From: Phoronis australis | Lineage: Eukaryota > Animalia > Phoronida | Reading direction: 5' to 3' | Assembly: GCA_002633005.1 (NCBI GenBank) | Contig: NMRA01000476.1 | Span: 274,592-338,591, forward strand | Length of the DNA: 64,000 nucleotides | Shown: positions 25,349 to 40,300 of the stretch, in pieces | How positions within the stretch are numbered: the stretch's first letter is position 1 | Layout: every line of letters begins with the position of its first letter | The notes under the pieces: model-generated | The model's database searches: none | Seen by the model: the letters and a program-made list of their open reading frames with translations, nothing else | Told to the model about the DNA's origin: nothing | Translations under genes and position numbers: made by a program

Positions 25349-28300
25349 CTGAAAGAGAAATTAAACTTCAAGTTATGTTTGATCACCTTCACTCCACAAA
25401 TTTATCACTAGGTGTGTGCATGTGCAAATGTGCGTGTGTAATATTTTTCTACTTAGAAATGAGACCAGACAAATCATATTAGCACATTAATTAATTCATC
25501 AATTCTTTGGCATCAGTTTGAAACAATTATTGGAAGTGCACGAACTGGCAACTCTTGAAAAAATTGAACGAAAATCGATAATAATGATGAATGATCACCA
25601 CAGAAATGAAACACTAAAACTTGGTAAAATTAATGAAACACAATGATTATGATGATGGTGATGACGAAGAAAAGTGGCGATACTCTTGCCTTCCATCACA
25701 AAAAATTGATTTAGACCACCTACCATGATGAAATTGGTATCAAATTGACCTATAGTGAAATTGGATGTGATTTCAGGGCTTCAAAAATAACTGACGGGTA
25801 CTTAGTCCTCAATAGTAGTGCCAAACATGGACTAGCGTAATAACAAACTGTCTGTTTTTTAGATAAGCCAGAAATCACTTATCACCCGAGTAAGAAACAA
25901 CTTGAGAGCAATTGTATAGTTGCAAAGAGTCTAAATCGTAGCGTAGGTTTATGGATGCATTAAGAAACATAGCAATGAAGAATCAGTCAATAAAACGCGA
26001 GAAGTCAGAAAACTTCGAATGACGGTGAGTCATAGTAAAAATGAATGGCACATTTCAGATAACAGAGGACAAGATCTATCTAAAGACAAAGCTTTAGAAA
26101 GATGCCTCAAAGCCTCCATTGGAGCTAATGGCTTCGCACAGTGAAAACTCAAAAAAGTATTGCTTCAGTGCTATAGATTTTAACCAAAGCAACAGGACTC
26201 GAACCACTGATGCAACACATGCTATGAGTAAATTTCATGTCATTCCAATAAAAAATCAACTTCTAGCAGGCAAACAAAGAAACTAAAGTGAAACATAAAT
26301 GACAGAAGAGCAGACTTGGCAAATTAGTAATATATATATAACATATTAACAACACCAATCAGCATTCATTGTTTAAAAACAGCTTCATGTTAAAACTGAT
26401 ATGAAAAATAAAAAACATGCTTAGCATAACTGGGCCATCTTTAAAAAGTAAAGGGAATACTTTAAACAGCTGAATTTTTGAAATAGCAACTCCCAACAAA
26501 TGACATAAGTACACCTCTTCAAGGAGCAAGGTTGCCATACAACATAAAAATTTCATCTTACATGTCAATTTCATTTCGTGTATAAAAAGACCTATTAAGC
26601 TTTTGTACATACAGTGCCATTTGCTTTTCCATATAAAAATACCATGTAAGGAACCGTTATTTTTAGTTGTTCAAGATCTAGTACAAAAAACTATTTGTAC
26701 AAAAGTTCCATAGTTGAAAACAAACTCATAAGTCTGTGACAAGCCACTAAATAATGAAAACCTTCAAGCTGCAGTATAACACTTTTGTTTCTTTGTAACA
26801 CGTCAGTTTTCACTTTTTCACATAACTGACCTAGAGTTTACAATTGTTAAAAAATGACTGATACAAAGAGAATGACTAACCGACTAACATTAGTAATGCC
26901 ATTTCTGAGCTTAGTTTAAAGAACTAATACATTAGACATTAGAGTTATGCAAGGATGACACGACTCTAAAAGAATGCAAACTTTCAAGACTCAAGAAGCA
27001 TGTCACCTGTCAGTGCGACCGTAAATGACAAATGTTTGATAATATATTAAGAAGATACTAAACCATGTTCTAATGATTTCAACCATTCCTCATTCTGTCA
27101 CCTGCTAATGCATCATTGGTGTCAACCTTCCAAATTAAAGGCAGGAATCAATTAAAAACTCATACTCCCTATGTCACACATTGGACATTATGGTCCTTGT
27201 TGGGTGGTCTTTTCCTAGTTGCTTTGTAATTTGCTAAAGGCATAAGTCACGCTTGACCTTTAACAGACTTGAATGTTTTCAAATTTTCCTCCAAACTTTA
27301 GGGTTCTTGGGGGTTACAGAGCATATTTTGTTTCAGATAACTGGATGAAGGTATCTGTAAATAGGGCAAACAAGTTTGATATCTGTTTAAGTCTTTCAAA
27401 TCAAACCAGGCTGCATACTAAAATACTATAAACAGTGTTCAATTTGGAGACAGTGTTATTGTCTTCAGTGCCATCAAAAATGACATGATTGATCACTTCC
27501 TTCATTTCTTGGAATAGTATTAAAACGCTTCAGTGAAATTTCTAGTATCATTTGAATGTATAAATACACATCTGGTTTTTTGGAGTAATGTCATTAACTT
27601 ATGCTCAAATCAGGACATCTCACCCACAGGTGGCATAATAAATAAGATGTAAAATGTATCAATTTTCGAAAAAAGCAAGGTTTAGTATTTCTTCATCATT
27701 TTAAGTAAAGCCACCAGTCTGACCTCTTGGTACATTTCAGACATGCACACAATTACTTAGGATATGTTAAACAACTTAACCGGTTGAAAGTCGATTCCCT
27801 AGGACAAGACAGCTCTCAGAATGATAAGTTGTCCACACACGGGGTAGACCAAATAACAAGAACACTTGGTAGTTAATAATATGGTTTATTTCAGATACAC
27901 AGTACAGCAAAATAAACAGAAATAGAAATAAGTATATTCGAAATATATGTACTTTAATCAACTTCTTTTAGTTTCCATTGCTATGTTTATTATACTGAAA
28001 ACATTTTATTCTAAGCACAGGAACTGATCTCTCTACTCGGGACTTAACTTGAAAACTGACCAATTGAAAGCCAAGGTTCAAGAAAATGAACAAATTTGTA
28101 CTTGAATTAGATCAGGAACCCTAAAGAAATGAACACGAACACAAAATAGTGATATGATGAACACAGAGTTAAAACATGAAAGCACAAAGCATTAAAATGC
28201 GCCCAAAATTGCACTGCGGATGGTATGGTTCTAGTGGTGTTTTGTATCATAAAAATGGCCACTAGGTGGCACAGAATATGTGTAACCGTCTGAAAATGGA

Positions 28301-31300
28301 AAGGCGTTGCACTCTCCCTACCAGAAACTCGTTTGCTTAAATTCATGATATTTTGTCAAGGACCAAACTAGTTGAATGAAAAAAAATGTGGTAGTTTGAT
28401 CAGCCCAAAAGAAATAGCCTTCTGTTGTCACATTTGTCGAATTTCACAGAGATAATGAGGGGGTTTCAGAGATACAGCAACAGATGCAAAGCGCATTGCC
28501 ACTAGGAGGATCAACAAAACTCGGACCTACTTAAAAATCAACGTCAACCATGGTCTTCTCAGCATGTACAGATCAGCTAATTTTCATAATGGAAGCTTGA
28601 ATGCAGGAAAGATGATAATATGCAACCACCTATATTTGTATACGCAGGCGCATAAAAATGGAATGTCATTTTCATCAAAAGTTGCTTAGTTTAATTTAAG
28701 TAAAATATCAGTAGTTCTTCTTGGTAAGTCTTATGTTAGCTGTTTCACCAAACATGCCTTTGACAATGTTTCACAGCCTGTAAAGAGAGAAAAACAGAAT
28801 AAAGATACTGACATGTAGTTAACCAGATACTATTATTACCAGACAAATCTCAATACATTTTCATTAAGGGGTAGCTAGCAATTACATGTGCGGCTGAAAG
28901 AACAATAAACAGTACTGAAAGTAATGATAGCAAAAACGTCAGACAGTCAATTGCCAGTCCACATTTTCTAAGCACACTGATCAAAATAATTCAGTCAATT
29001 AGATGTCATGGACGTGCAGATAAACAGCTCATCAAATAGAACACCAAAATGAGACAAATGCATATACCTAACTACAGAAGCCGATATTTACATAGTGTTT
29101 GACGACAGTGGCACTGACAAGGACTCACTACAGATCTCAATGTAACACCGTACAAAATCGACAAATCACAGAAAAATTTTCAAGGTGTCAAACTATGAAT
29201 CTACCTGGCACTTCTGAGCATTCTCTACTGAAGCACACCAGTACACTGGACCCATGGAGCACTTATTAGCTTCAGAGGCTGAACACAAGCCAAGAACCTA
29301 GTGACAGTGAGACAACGGTCAACTTTCATTACTTGGCTAACCAACAAGTTCATAATTGCATGACCAAACAATCATTACTTTTCCAAATATCTCCACTTTA
29401 TCTTAAATCTAAATATATCGTTTAAAAACTGAAATTGTTCATGCCTTTCCATTTATTTATTATCATCATCATCATGTACAAAACACTGAATGGTAATTTT
29501 TTAAAAAGATAAGACTGAACTCAGTGACATTGGGCATATTATTCTGCATCAGGTTAATTGCTGAAGGAATCGATGACATAGCACTACTCTGAGACACATT
29601 TTGCGGTACTAAGACGTAAGCCAGTTTCAATTTAAATGTCTTAAAATGACAAGTATCATCAATTTTCTTTGTTGGTGAAATTAAAATTCAAGACTATACC
29701 TGAAGCAACTATACATACCTGACAAACTTGGTCAGCTGGCACCTCCAAGAACTGATCGATTAACTGTTCCCCGTACTGTTGAATTAGACTCTGACACTTG
29801 GGCTGTTCATCCACCGGCACAAAGTTGCACACTTGTTCAATTGTTTTGATCACCTCCTCCTTTGTGGTATTGTCAGACAGTTGTGTGTCGAGAAACTGTA
29901 CTACAACTTCACACATTTGACATAATGGACCATCTTTTGGCTTCACTGTGAATAGATTTTACTGGTAAAGGTAAATACAACACCAGATGCTTATGACAAC
30001 AATTAACCATCATCTTTATAATTATAACAGTTGACACACACTGTGATGACTGCAAGCTTTAAGACGTTACTTCAGTAATCAACAACATCTTTCAGATATT
30101 CCAAGTTGATCACAATTTCATTAGCCACAAGAAGTTATTGTGAACCTACATCGCATAAACTGGCTTTGGGGACACAGCTTAACAGCTTTACACGATGACT
30201 TGGGATCAAATTTGTTGAGCAGTGCCTCTATAATGTTCGGTCCGTAGGCTTCAACAAACTGTTTGCATGTTCCGTTCACCGTTGGCGGCAGGGCAGCACA
30301 CACTTGTTGCAGGGCTTTGAGCATTTCACCCTGAAATAGATATAAGGACTCAAAATATGACAATGACAAAAATTGGATAAATTTTAACTATGGCAATATT
30401 GATGAGTGACAAGATGAATAAATTCATTACACTGAAATTTTTATAAACTATTCTTCGTTTCAAACAAAAGAAATTTGATAACTACAACATTGCTCTAAAA
30501 CTTATGACGAGATATTTTGCCTAACTATACTTTATAATAGAAGAATGTAAGATAACAATAAACATCCTACCGCGAATAAGACTTAATATATCTAGAAATT
30601 AAAACACTCATATTCCTATAGTGATATTCTTAAACTAGTAGATTTTTAGAAGAGCCCACAAATTTTTAGAAAGCATTGTACACAAATATAAATTACAATT
30701 TAGAATCTTGCTTTTAAAAAAATTACCATGACAGTGGTAGAAAATTCACTAACTATGTAAGACTAACCTTGGTTGCATTGGATGACAGTCTACCCTTTAG
30801 TTCACTGACAACAAATTCACATAACACACACTGTACAGGCACTTCTAAGTTTTGACTCCGTTGAATCGCTGAAACAATCATTATATGGTTTGCAAATCAA
30901 ATTGCATCCACGGCAACACATAGAATAGAAAACTAAGAACTGCACTACCATTAACACTTGACTTGAAGATGTTATGAACTTACCTTCAGCCAAAAGTATC
31001 AACTTCGATTTAAACCATTTACATTACAAAACTGGTCTCAATTTTTTCCTTTCCAAGAATAGATATAGGAGACATATTTTACGACAATTCTCATTTATTT
31101 TCAAGATTTCCTATCAAGCTTTCCTCCTAACACTTTTTCTGTGCAGATAACAGAGATTTTGTTAAGTGTCAGCCATCGGAGAGTCCGATTTATCTTCAGA
31201 ATACACAGTTGATTTTGCTTTGGACCAACCATTTGCCAAATTGATTTATGGGAATAGCGTGGACAGAATTTAATCGATGTGCCCTCGTTTGATGTGAACT

Positions 31301-34300
31301 TGACAATTCAAGACGATGAACCACTCCCTTCAGAAGTTATTCATTTCCTCATCACTGATCAAGTTGGGCAAAGTTTGATTGCCGTATTTCTATTTTTTCA
31401 AAATATCCTGACATTTCAGGACAAATGTCCAGGACCAAGAGAAAACAACGAATTCTCTGAGCTCAGTTCCAACTTTCAACATCCCACCACACCAAAGTGT
31501 AAATCTGACCACGAGGATCTCAAAGAATTTATCAAAAACATTGTAAAAAACAACTGTTTTAGATATCCATCCAAATTACAAGAGTAGAAGGCAGGTGGCA
31601 CTGCACATTATCAAACACACAATCTATCGCCATCTAGCAATGAAAAATGTTTTGTTATCACTTTCCATTCAAATTAACACAGCAAACTTACATGTGCGAG
31701 GAAGGGTGGAGTTGCACAATTGAATGAATGTGCACACTTTCTTTGGGTCTATTCTGGCAACCAGTGCAGAAATTATATTAGGAGCATACTGGCTGACAAG
31801 TTGTTTGCATGCGTCTGTAAGGGTTGAAGGCAACTGACTGCAGACTTGATCCAGGGCATCAATAATTTCTTGCTAGAATTAATATTATGAACCAATTAAA
31901 TATGACACCATCACAATGCACAAATGCCATAAGCAGGATAACACTGAAACTGTAAGGGTACATACATCACAGAGTCCTCATTACACAATGTTAGCAATGC
32001 CATGTGACCACCAAATTTGTCCCGTTTTATTAAAACCAGTCCAGAATAGTTTGCACCGCTGGTAGCATTAATACAAGCACAGAAAGCTTTGACAATGAAT
32101 ACTGTAATGTTGTAAAATATTACTGACAAAAAATGCTGACATCATTTGTTGATAAGTAATAACACGAAAATCAATTTCTTTGAAAAGAAACTATTTTCCA
32201 CAAATATTTCTGATGTCTTTGTACTTAAAAGCAACAGCAAACTACATTACGTCTCAAAATGCCACAAAAGTAAATACAAGAGCAACGCGGAGCGTTGAAA
32301 TGTGCCCACAAATGCACCGCAAATGATGTTGATTTCTATCATGAAAATGGCCACTACATGGCGAAAAATATGTTGAATCTATCCGAAAATGGGAACATGT
32401 CATAGCTTCTCTAATAGAAAGCCATTTACAAAATTTCATAAAAATCCATCAAGGAATTTCACAGAAACAGAAGAAAACGGAAAAAAATGAAATTGCCACT
32501 AGGGGGCAGAGCGTTCGTCATATCAGTCTGAAAGTCGTCTGTTGTCAACTTCATATAAAAACATTTGGTAAATTTAATAAAGATCCTGCAGTGGGTTTAG
32601 GAGATAGAACTCTGGGCGTAAAAAGAAAAAAACTGCCACCAGGAAACCCCACAGTAGTCAAAGTCATTGGAAAATCATCGTCAACTGTCCTCTTCACACT
32701 AACAACATATGTGCCAATTTTCACAATAATCCTTAGATTGGTTTGGTTGACAGAGGGGCGCACATCCAAAAAGACTCTAAAACAGTACAAATGGACACTA
32801 GGTGGGGCAAAATAATACAAATCCATTCGAAAAGTAAAGAATAGTGTCACTTCACTAATTGATGCTTATGTGCCAAATTTCATAAAAATCAGTTGAGGAC
32901 CTTTGAAGATAGAAAGGCAAACGTAAAAAATAAATTGCCACTGGAAGGCACACCGGTAGTCCAATCCGTCCGAAAGCCGTCATTGTTCGTCAACTTCATA
33001 TAAATACAATTGCTAAATTTAGTAAAGATCCTGCAGAGCATTTAGGAGATACAGCCATAGGTGCATAAACAAACAAAATTGCCACTAGGAGGTGCCACAG
33101 AAGTCGAAGTTGTAGGAAAATCATTGTCAGCCGTCCTCCTCATAGTGAGAACCTTTATGCCAATTTTCATAATCATTCTTAGAGTGGTTTGGTTGATAGA
33201 GGAGCGGACAGCAGAAAACAATAAAAGTGATTACTAGCTGGTGCAAAATACCTTGAATCCACCTCAAAATGATAGGTTGGCGTCATCTCTCTGATAGATG
33301 CCTACATTCCAAATTTTATGAAATTCCGTTGAGGATCTTCGAAGATACAAAGGTAAGAGCAAAAAGCTAGAATTGCCACTAGGGGGCACACCAGTATTCG
33401 GATATGTCCGAAATTGGTCATCAGCTGTTGCCAGCTTCATAGGAACACATCTGCCAAATGTCATTCAGATCCTGTGAGGGGTTTAGAAGATACAGCTGTG
33501 GACGCCGGACACCGGATGACGGACGCCAAGACAGAGACGACGGCAATATGCACACACATATTCATATGAGCATAAAATCATTTAGAAAAAGTCCAAAAAA
33601 AATCAAAGTTAATAAATAAAAATTAGCAACAGTGCATCTTCCTCTCGACAAAATAATTAAATTCTGATCAGTCCTTGGTGTGGTGAGATACTCTATTTAA
33701 AAAAGCCAACAGTTTTCAAAGAGGACACTGCATGTGGCTTTAATGCAAACAAGTCTAGAAAATCACATAAATCATACCTCAGTAGCATTGGAAGAAAGCT
33801 TATCATCTAGAGTCTTGACAACAAATTCACACAAAGCACACTGTGGAGTGTCCTTCACTCTTCTACTTTTGGAGACTGAAAAATTTCAACAAAGTCAACT
33901 TTCATGCAACTTACATTCAAAGTAATCACTAACAGAGTTATCATGCACAAGATTCATGCAAAATCAAAAGTTACTTTCACAATTCATAACACAACAATGC
34001 CTTTGCTTTGAAATAGAACTGCCAGTAAAATTGAGAATTTTACAAAAATGCGAGAACAAAATTTCATTCATTGTTTTGATGACCCAAACCCGAGTTTGAC
34101 ACATAAGATTTCTATGGCTGATAACGGCAGTGTTAGTGTGACTGGCATGTCTGTATGTGACAAAAAGAAAGTAAAAATAAACATTAGCAACTGATCAACA
34201 GCCAATTGAAACTGATGACAGGAATCACAATTTATAGATTCCGTGCCAAGGATGCTTTTGATTGTGCTGTTCAAGGACTTTTATTAAAGTAGGTTGAAGT

Positions 34301-37300
34301 TATAGTTTAGTATAAAGTACATAGCTTACCTGATGCAAAACCATCTTGGGTACACAACTGGAGAGATGTACACACCTTCTTAGGATCTAGACCATTGGCT
34401 AAAGTGACAATGATGGTTGGACCATAAGTGTCAATCAACTCTTTGCATACACTCGACACAGTTGAGGGCAANTAAAAATTAGCAACAGTGCATCTTCCTC
34501 TCGACAAAATAATTAAATTCTGATCAGTCCTTGGTGTTATATGTGTGGTGAGATACTCTATTTAAGCCAACAGTTTTCAAAGAGGACACTGCATGTGGCT
34601 TTAATGCAAACAAGTCTAGAAAATCATATAAATCATACCTCAGTAGCATTGGAAGAAAGCTTATCATCTAGAGTCTTGACAACAAATTCACACAAAGCAC
34701 ACTGTGGAGTGTCCTTCACTCTTCTACTTTTGGGGACTGAAAAATTTCAACAAAGTCAACTTTCATGCAACTTACATTCAAAGTAATCACTAACAGAGTT
34801 ATCATGCACAAGATTCATGCAAAATCAAAAGTTACTTTCACAATTCATAACACAACAATGCCTTTGCTTTGAAATAGAACTGCCAGTAAAATTGAGAATT
34901 TTACAAAAATGCGAGAACAAAATTTCATTCATTGTTTTGATGACCCAAACCCGAGTTTGACACATAAGATTTCTATGGCTGATAACGGCAGTGTTAGTGT
35001 GACTGGCATGTCTGTATGTGACAAAAAGAAAGTAAAAATAAACATTAGCAACTGATCAACAGCCAATTGAAACTGATGACAGGAATCACAATTTATAGAT
35101 TCCGTGCCAAGGATGCTTTTGATTGTGCTGTTCAAGGACTTTTATTAAAGTAGGTTGAAGTTATAGTTTAGTATAAAGTACATAGCTTACCTGATGCAAA
35201 ACCATCTTGGGTACACAACTGGAGAGATGTACACACCTTCTTAGGATCTAGACCATTGGCTAAAGTGACAATGATGGTTGGACCATAAGTGTCAATCAAC
35301 TCTTTGCATACACTCGACACAGTTGAGGGCAACAGGGTGCAAACCTGTTCAACAGCATTGATAATTTCTTGCTGTAAAAAATAGAATTCTGTTTTATATC
35401 TCAGACATGCACTTACAACTCTAATATTTTACTTATCTCATGTGCTTCTCTTCAACAACGTCATTAAAACTTAAAGTGAAAAACAAAGAGTAGAACAGAA
35501 AATTCAAGACTAAAGAAAAAAATGGGCACTGAACATGCAACAGCAGGTTAACAAGTTAACCTCAAATAAAACATACCTGAGTGGCATTGGAGGCAAGCGT
35601 CTTATCCAACTGCGACATCACAAATTCACAGATGAGACACTGAGGGGTATTCTTGACATCTGTTTTCATAGATGTGCGAACTAACTTCACCACAGCTGGT
35701 CTGATATTGAAGGCAGGCATCATACCTCTCAGGCCTTCAGAACACAGACCAATGGCTTTGCACACAGTAGGAGGATCCTGTGGGAATTGAATCAAGTTGA
35801 CAACATCAGACCACCTTGTTGAACAGCGTACAGTTAAGTCATGCAGTTTGTAAAACAGAAGCCAAACAGGCAGATTCATCACTCGAACAGCAACCAGACA
35901 GTTAAAAACTCTACAAGAATTACAAATTTGTCCTTGTCAAACCTGAAATCATTATCCAAATCACTGAACCTGTCCGTTACATCAAACAAGACTCAAAAGC
36001 AAAAACATATATGTCAATTCAATAAAGTCACAACTGAGAACAAAGTTTTCAGTTCAAGTGGATTTGTATTGTATCAATCATGAATTGGTGGCAGTGCAAA
36101 TAACGTGGAAATTAAACGCTGGGCACTCAGGACCACCGTGAATAACTGTGTAATGATTATCTGAAAAGACTTAAACAATGTTCTTCACTTACTATAAAAC
36201 CTGTTTTAATGTTTAAGTGTGAAACTTGATTAACTCAAACCTGGCTTATCACTAAGTGCACGAAAGAACTCTTTAATATCAATTGCTCACATGTCTACAT
36301 CAACACAAGATGGCGCCACTTACCAGCTCGTTAGCCAAAAGCTCAAACAAAACAGGACCAAACTGCTTAACACCATCCTTGCACTGTAATGTCAATATTT
36401 ACATTTTACACAAAAATTATAATGAAACAAAACTACACTTTCATTACTTAAGATGTAGACGGACGAAATATAACTGCAGCCATACTTGACCAATGTATGG
36501 TTATGGTTTTTCTTTTTTTGAAATACTGTATTCGCAGTAATAACCGCCCATGCCCCTATAGGCGCCCCCCCACGTGTTTTCAGACTTTGCTGAAATAAGC
36601 GCCCAGTCCGTGAACGTGTAAATGCGAACAATGACGTACCTACAGTCCTAAAACTCGGCTACAGTAACGTCTTCAATTTATCAAAAAAAAATTTTTGCAC
36701 GGGTCTTCTAGACCACCAGCGGCACTGCTACGTTTGTATTTAGCCGTGACTATACACTTCAAAGTAACGCAGCGCTTCAAAAAGAATGCAACAACGTTGC
36801 TACTCTCGCGACGACTGTGTCCCACTATGGTCTGACCTTTCAGTACAGACACATCGACGGTCTCATGAATAAAAATAACTCAGTGTTAAACGCACGTGGC
36901 CAGGAAGCGCGCGCTACATATATGAACCTGTCATCAAAGACATTAGTTGGGAACTATCCATTCATGAAACAGGTAGCATAGCATCGGTAAGAAATGAATA
37001 TTGGCACTAATTTCCGACAATTTCTAATACCATAAAACAAGTTTGCATTATTTTTGAGATGGATTGTTTGATTAACCATAATTGGTGTTTTTAAGCCGAA
37101 TATCTGATAAAATGACAACTGACAGTGAATACTTACACACCCTTACACCGAAAAATAACTGTCAGATAGTTACGTACACATCCAGCTACACAGCGACTAA
37201 TATGGGCATTACCGAGACAAATGTCAAACGTTTTTAGCACGAGACCGGCAAGTGCTGAATGAAACACGCTCTGGTTTAGGCCTACTGCTTGTGCAAATTT

Positions 37301-40300
37301 CTTTAAACACAATGTACATCTAGCTCGTTAGATTGCGTGGCTCTGGCCAAAAGACGGTCTCTGCTTTGGCAAATGAACTGTGGTGACACGCACACGCTCG
37401 CTTACTCACAAACGTAGACAAACTTAAAAACAAACGTCATGTGACAGCAACATGGGTGTTTGTCCAGACATTTTTCTCGCCGTGTTGCCGATCATACATG
37501 TAGATGGCACGATGTTGCACAGATTTGTACTTAAACCTGCCGTTAATCCAGACTCCACGGGAACTTAAAAAAAATCTTAGGGACGCTACTTAGAAAACTT
37601 AATAAAGATTTCAGGTAATTTGCTTCTTGAGTCGAAACTATTTTCATTCAGTCATTGACGTCGCCATATCGAAGACGGCGATTTCAAGGCAGTCAGTCGG
37701 CGAGTTTTCGCCCTGGAATTTCAGCACAATTTTCTGTAAAATGAACGTAATGTAGCAGCAAAGTTTGATAGCAATGCACCACAGTTTTGTTGAAAGTCTT
37801 TCATAGATTACAGATACGTCACAGAGTGTAAATTTGATGAATCTTAGCTTCCCGTTTTGGAGACCGGGTTTCAACCACCCTGGGTTATAATAAGCGCCCC
37901 CCTGAACCGAACTTTTTTAAGCGCCCTGGGCGGTTATTACACAATCACTCAAAATGTGCCAATATATGCCATGTGAAACGTTATCGGATTACCTGGACTA
38001 TAAGGCCATGGGCTTACAGTAAAGCAGAGATTTATACTCAGTATAATGCCATGGCCTTATAGTCATTTGCATTCCGGCCTGAGCAAAAGTGTTTTTGTTG
38101 TATTTGTTACATATTAATGTTGAATGCTTTTTGAAAAACAATATTTTATGACCTTGGGCATTACTTGGTATTTTGGTGATGACTGACTGGCAAAAAATGA
38201 CAACCGGTACTGTATCCCAAATCATGGTACGACCTTATTCTTGCATATATGGCCTTGGCCTTTTATTCTAGATCATTTGCATTTGAGGTGTTCTCAACAG
38301 CATATTAACATTTAAGGCAATGGCTTTATACGGTATTGCAAGTAATAGGGTATGCTCTTTAGATAAAGAGATGTATTCAGGCAGTTGCAGTATTTGTCTG
38401 TGAGTGCTGAATTTTGTCCTACTACAGATGAGTCTATAGTCACATTTTGCAGTGATTTTTGTTTGTTACAAACAAATGTGTGCTCTTAACAAAGCTACAA
38501 CTGTAGAAGTGTTCTTAAATACAAAATACCACAAAATGAATGACATAAAATGTCAAGTGGACTTTAAAACAGGTTTCTGAATACTAACAAACCCAACTTA
38601 CCGATGCTGCCAAAGAACCCAGCCTTTCACATAACTCTTTGTCAAGAAATTCTTCAACCTCTTCCTAAACAAATACAAAATTTGCACTCTTAATGATCAG
38701 GGAGGGAAAGCAATATGTCCTTAACAGTTTCTTTTAAGTATCCAGTAGATATGGCCTGCAGACATTATTATAATTTTTAATTTCTTTCAAATAACGTATT
38801 GCTTACTAAAATGCATTGGAGCAGCATTTTTCCATTACTGTGTTAAAATTATAGTTAAATCATACAATAGAACAAAATGTTTATTCAAACTGCCAGCCAA
38901 AAAGCCAAAAATAGTTTTAACAGGTTCAGACACATAACAACTGTGAAAAAGACTGTCAATAAACGTAGCACAACTGTATGCTGATATAAAGCACACTCAA
39001 ATGTAATGTCATTTCCTGCTCACAGAACCACGCTCGATAGTAAAAGTAGTCATTCTATCACACATCACACAACCACTGCAAAACAAAGCATTTGATGTTT
39101 TAAAGGTTTTACACAACCCACATCAGTTTATGTAGCAATGTGGATGAACATCAAGCAAGACCTCTGAGTCCAAAGTATACAGTAGTGCAGTGTTCAACGT
39201 AGCAAGCAACAATTACAATTCTATCACGTGAAACAGTGTTCAGTGAGACAGTACAGTGCACATAGCAAAGTGAAAGGGTGCACACTAAAACATTGCAAAG
39301 TGAATATATTGCAAAGCGAAATACTGCAAAGTGAAATATTACCAGTAGTGAAATGGGCAAAAGTTTGGGAAAAATGCAAGCAGCACAGGATTGCAAAAAT
39401 AAATAAACAGCATGCAGAGGTCTCATAAATAAAAGATCTCAATCAAGTAGCCTTACAGATGTCCTCAGACTTAAAGTGCTGACAAAATATTTTAGTAATG
39501 GATAAAAACTCCAAAATGTCTCCAAATAAATGGAATTGTAAACATTCCATTTCCTACTATTGGTATACTTTGCCAATAACTCTGTGCATCACTTTTTTAC
39601 GAGGCGAAAAAAGGTAAAAGGTGTCACCTGGTTGACACCTAGGCAGAAATTCAATACTAAAGAACGGCCCAAATGTCATATTCCATGTCCTTTTACAAAT
39701 TAAAAAGAAAAATAGGAGGTTAAAATGAAAACGCAAGAAACATAAAAAGACCAGAAAATAAACAAGAAACATGCATTCCCACTTTTTGATTCTAAGGATT
39801 TCGTAGTTAGCAAGATAGCTTGTTAGTACAAAATCATCCCTCCATTCCAAGGATTTAGTAGTTAGCAAGATAGCTTGTTAGTACATCATTCTTCCATTCT
39901 AAGGAATTAGTAGTTAGCAAGATAGCTTGTTAGTACAAAATCATCCTTCCATTCCTCATTCTTACCTTGCTAAGGTGAAAAGACGTCGAGGATCCTCAGC
40001 CAAAATCGGAGTAATTCACGTCAAATGAAACCAGTTCGCAGTCCAAAATCTCACAATCAACGCTTGCATTAGATATTGTGCAAATTATTCACATATTACA
40101 TACTTTGCAAAATCAGCAAAGGGCAGACAATATGACTGGATGTGGAGTTTAGCACCTTACTTGACACTACTTGAGCATTGCTATAAAGTAGCAAATCCTG
40201 CAACGGCAAACTGGCGTGGGGAACAAGCAGAGTGGCTTCAGTGAAAGTGTGTGTTCCATGTGCATTTCAGGTGTGGCTAATTAACCAAGTAAGAACCAGG

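Noticed and set aside
27297-27356. Possible exon or first exon of module B between the modules
   Set aside because: An acceptor-like AG exists but the phase-0 frame stops after 17 codons, with no saposin or signal-peptide character and no clear donor.
33617-35332. Apparent extra SapB exon pair in module A
   Set aside because: Near-identical copies joined at a single N with one exon cut mid-way; best explained as haplotype overlap, not counted as a domain.
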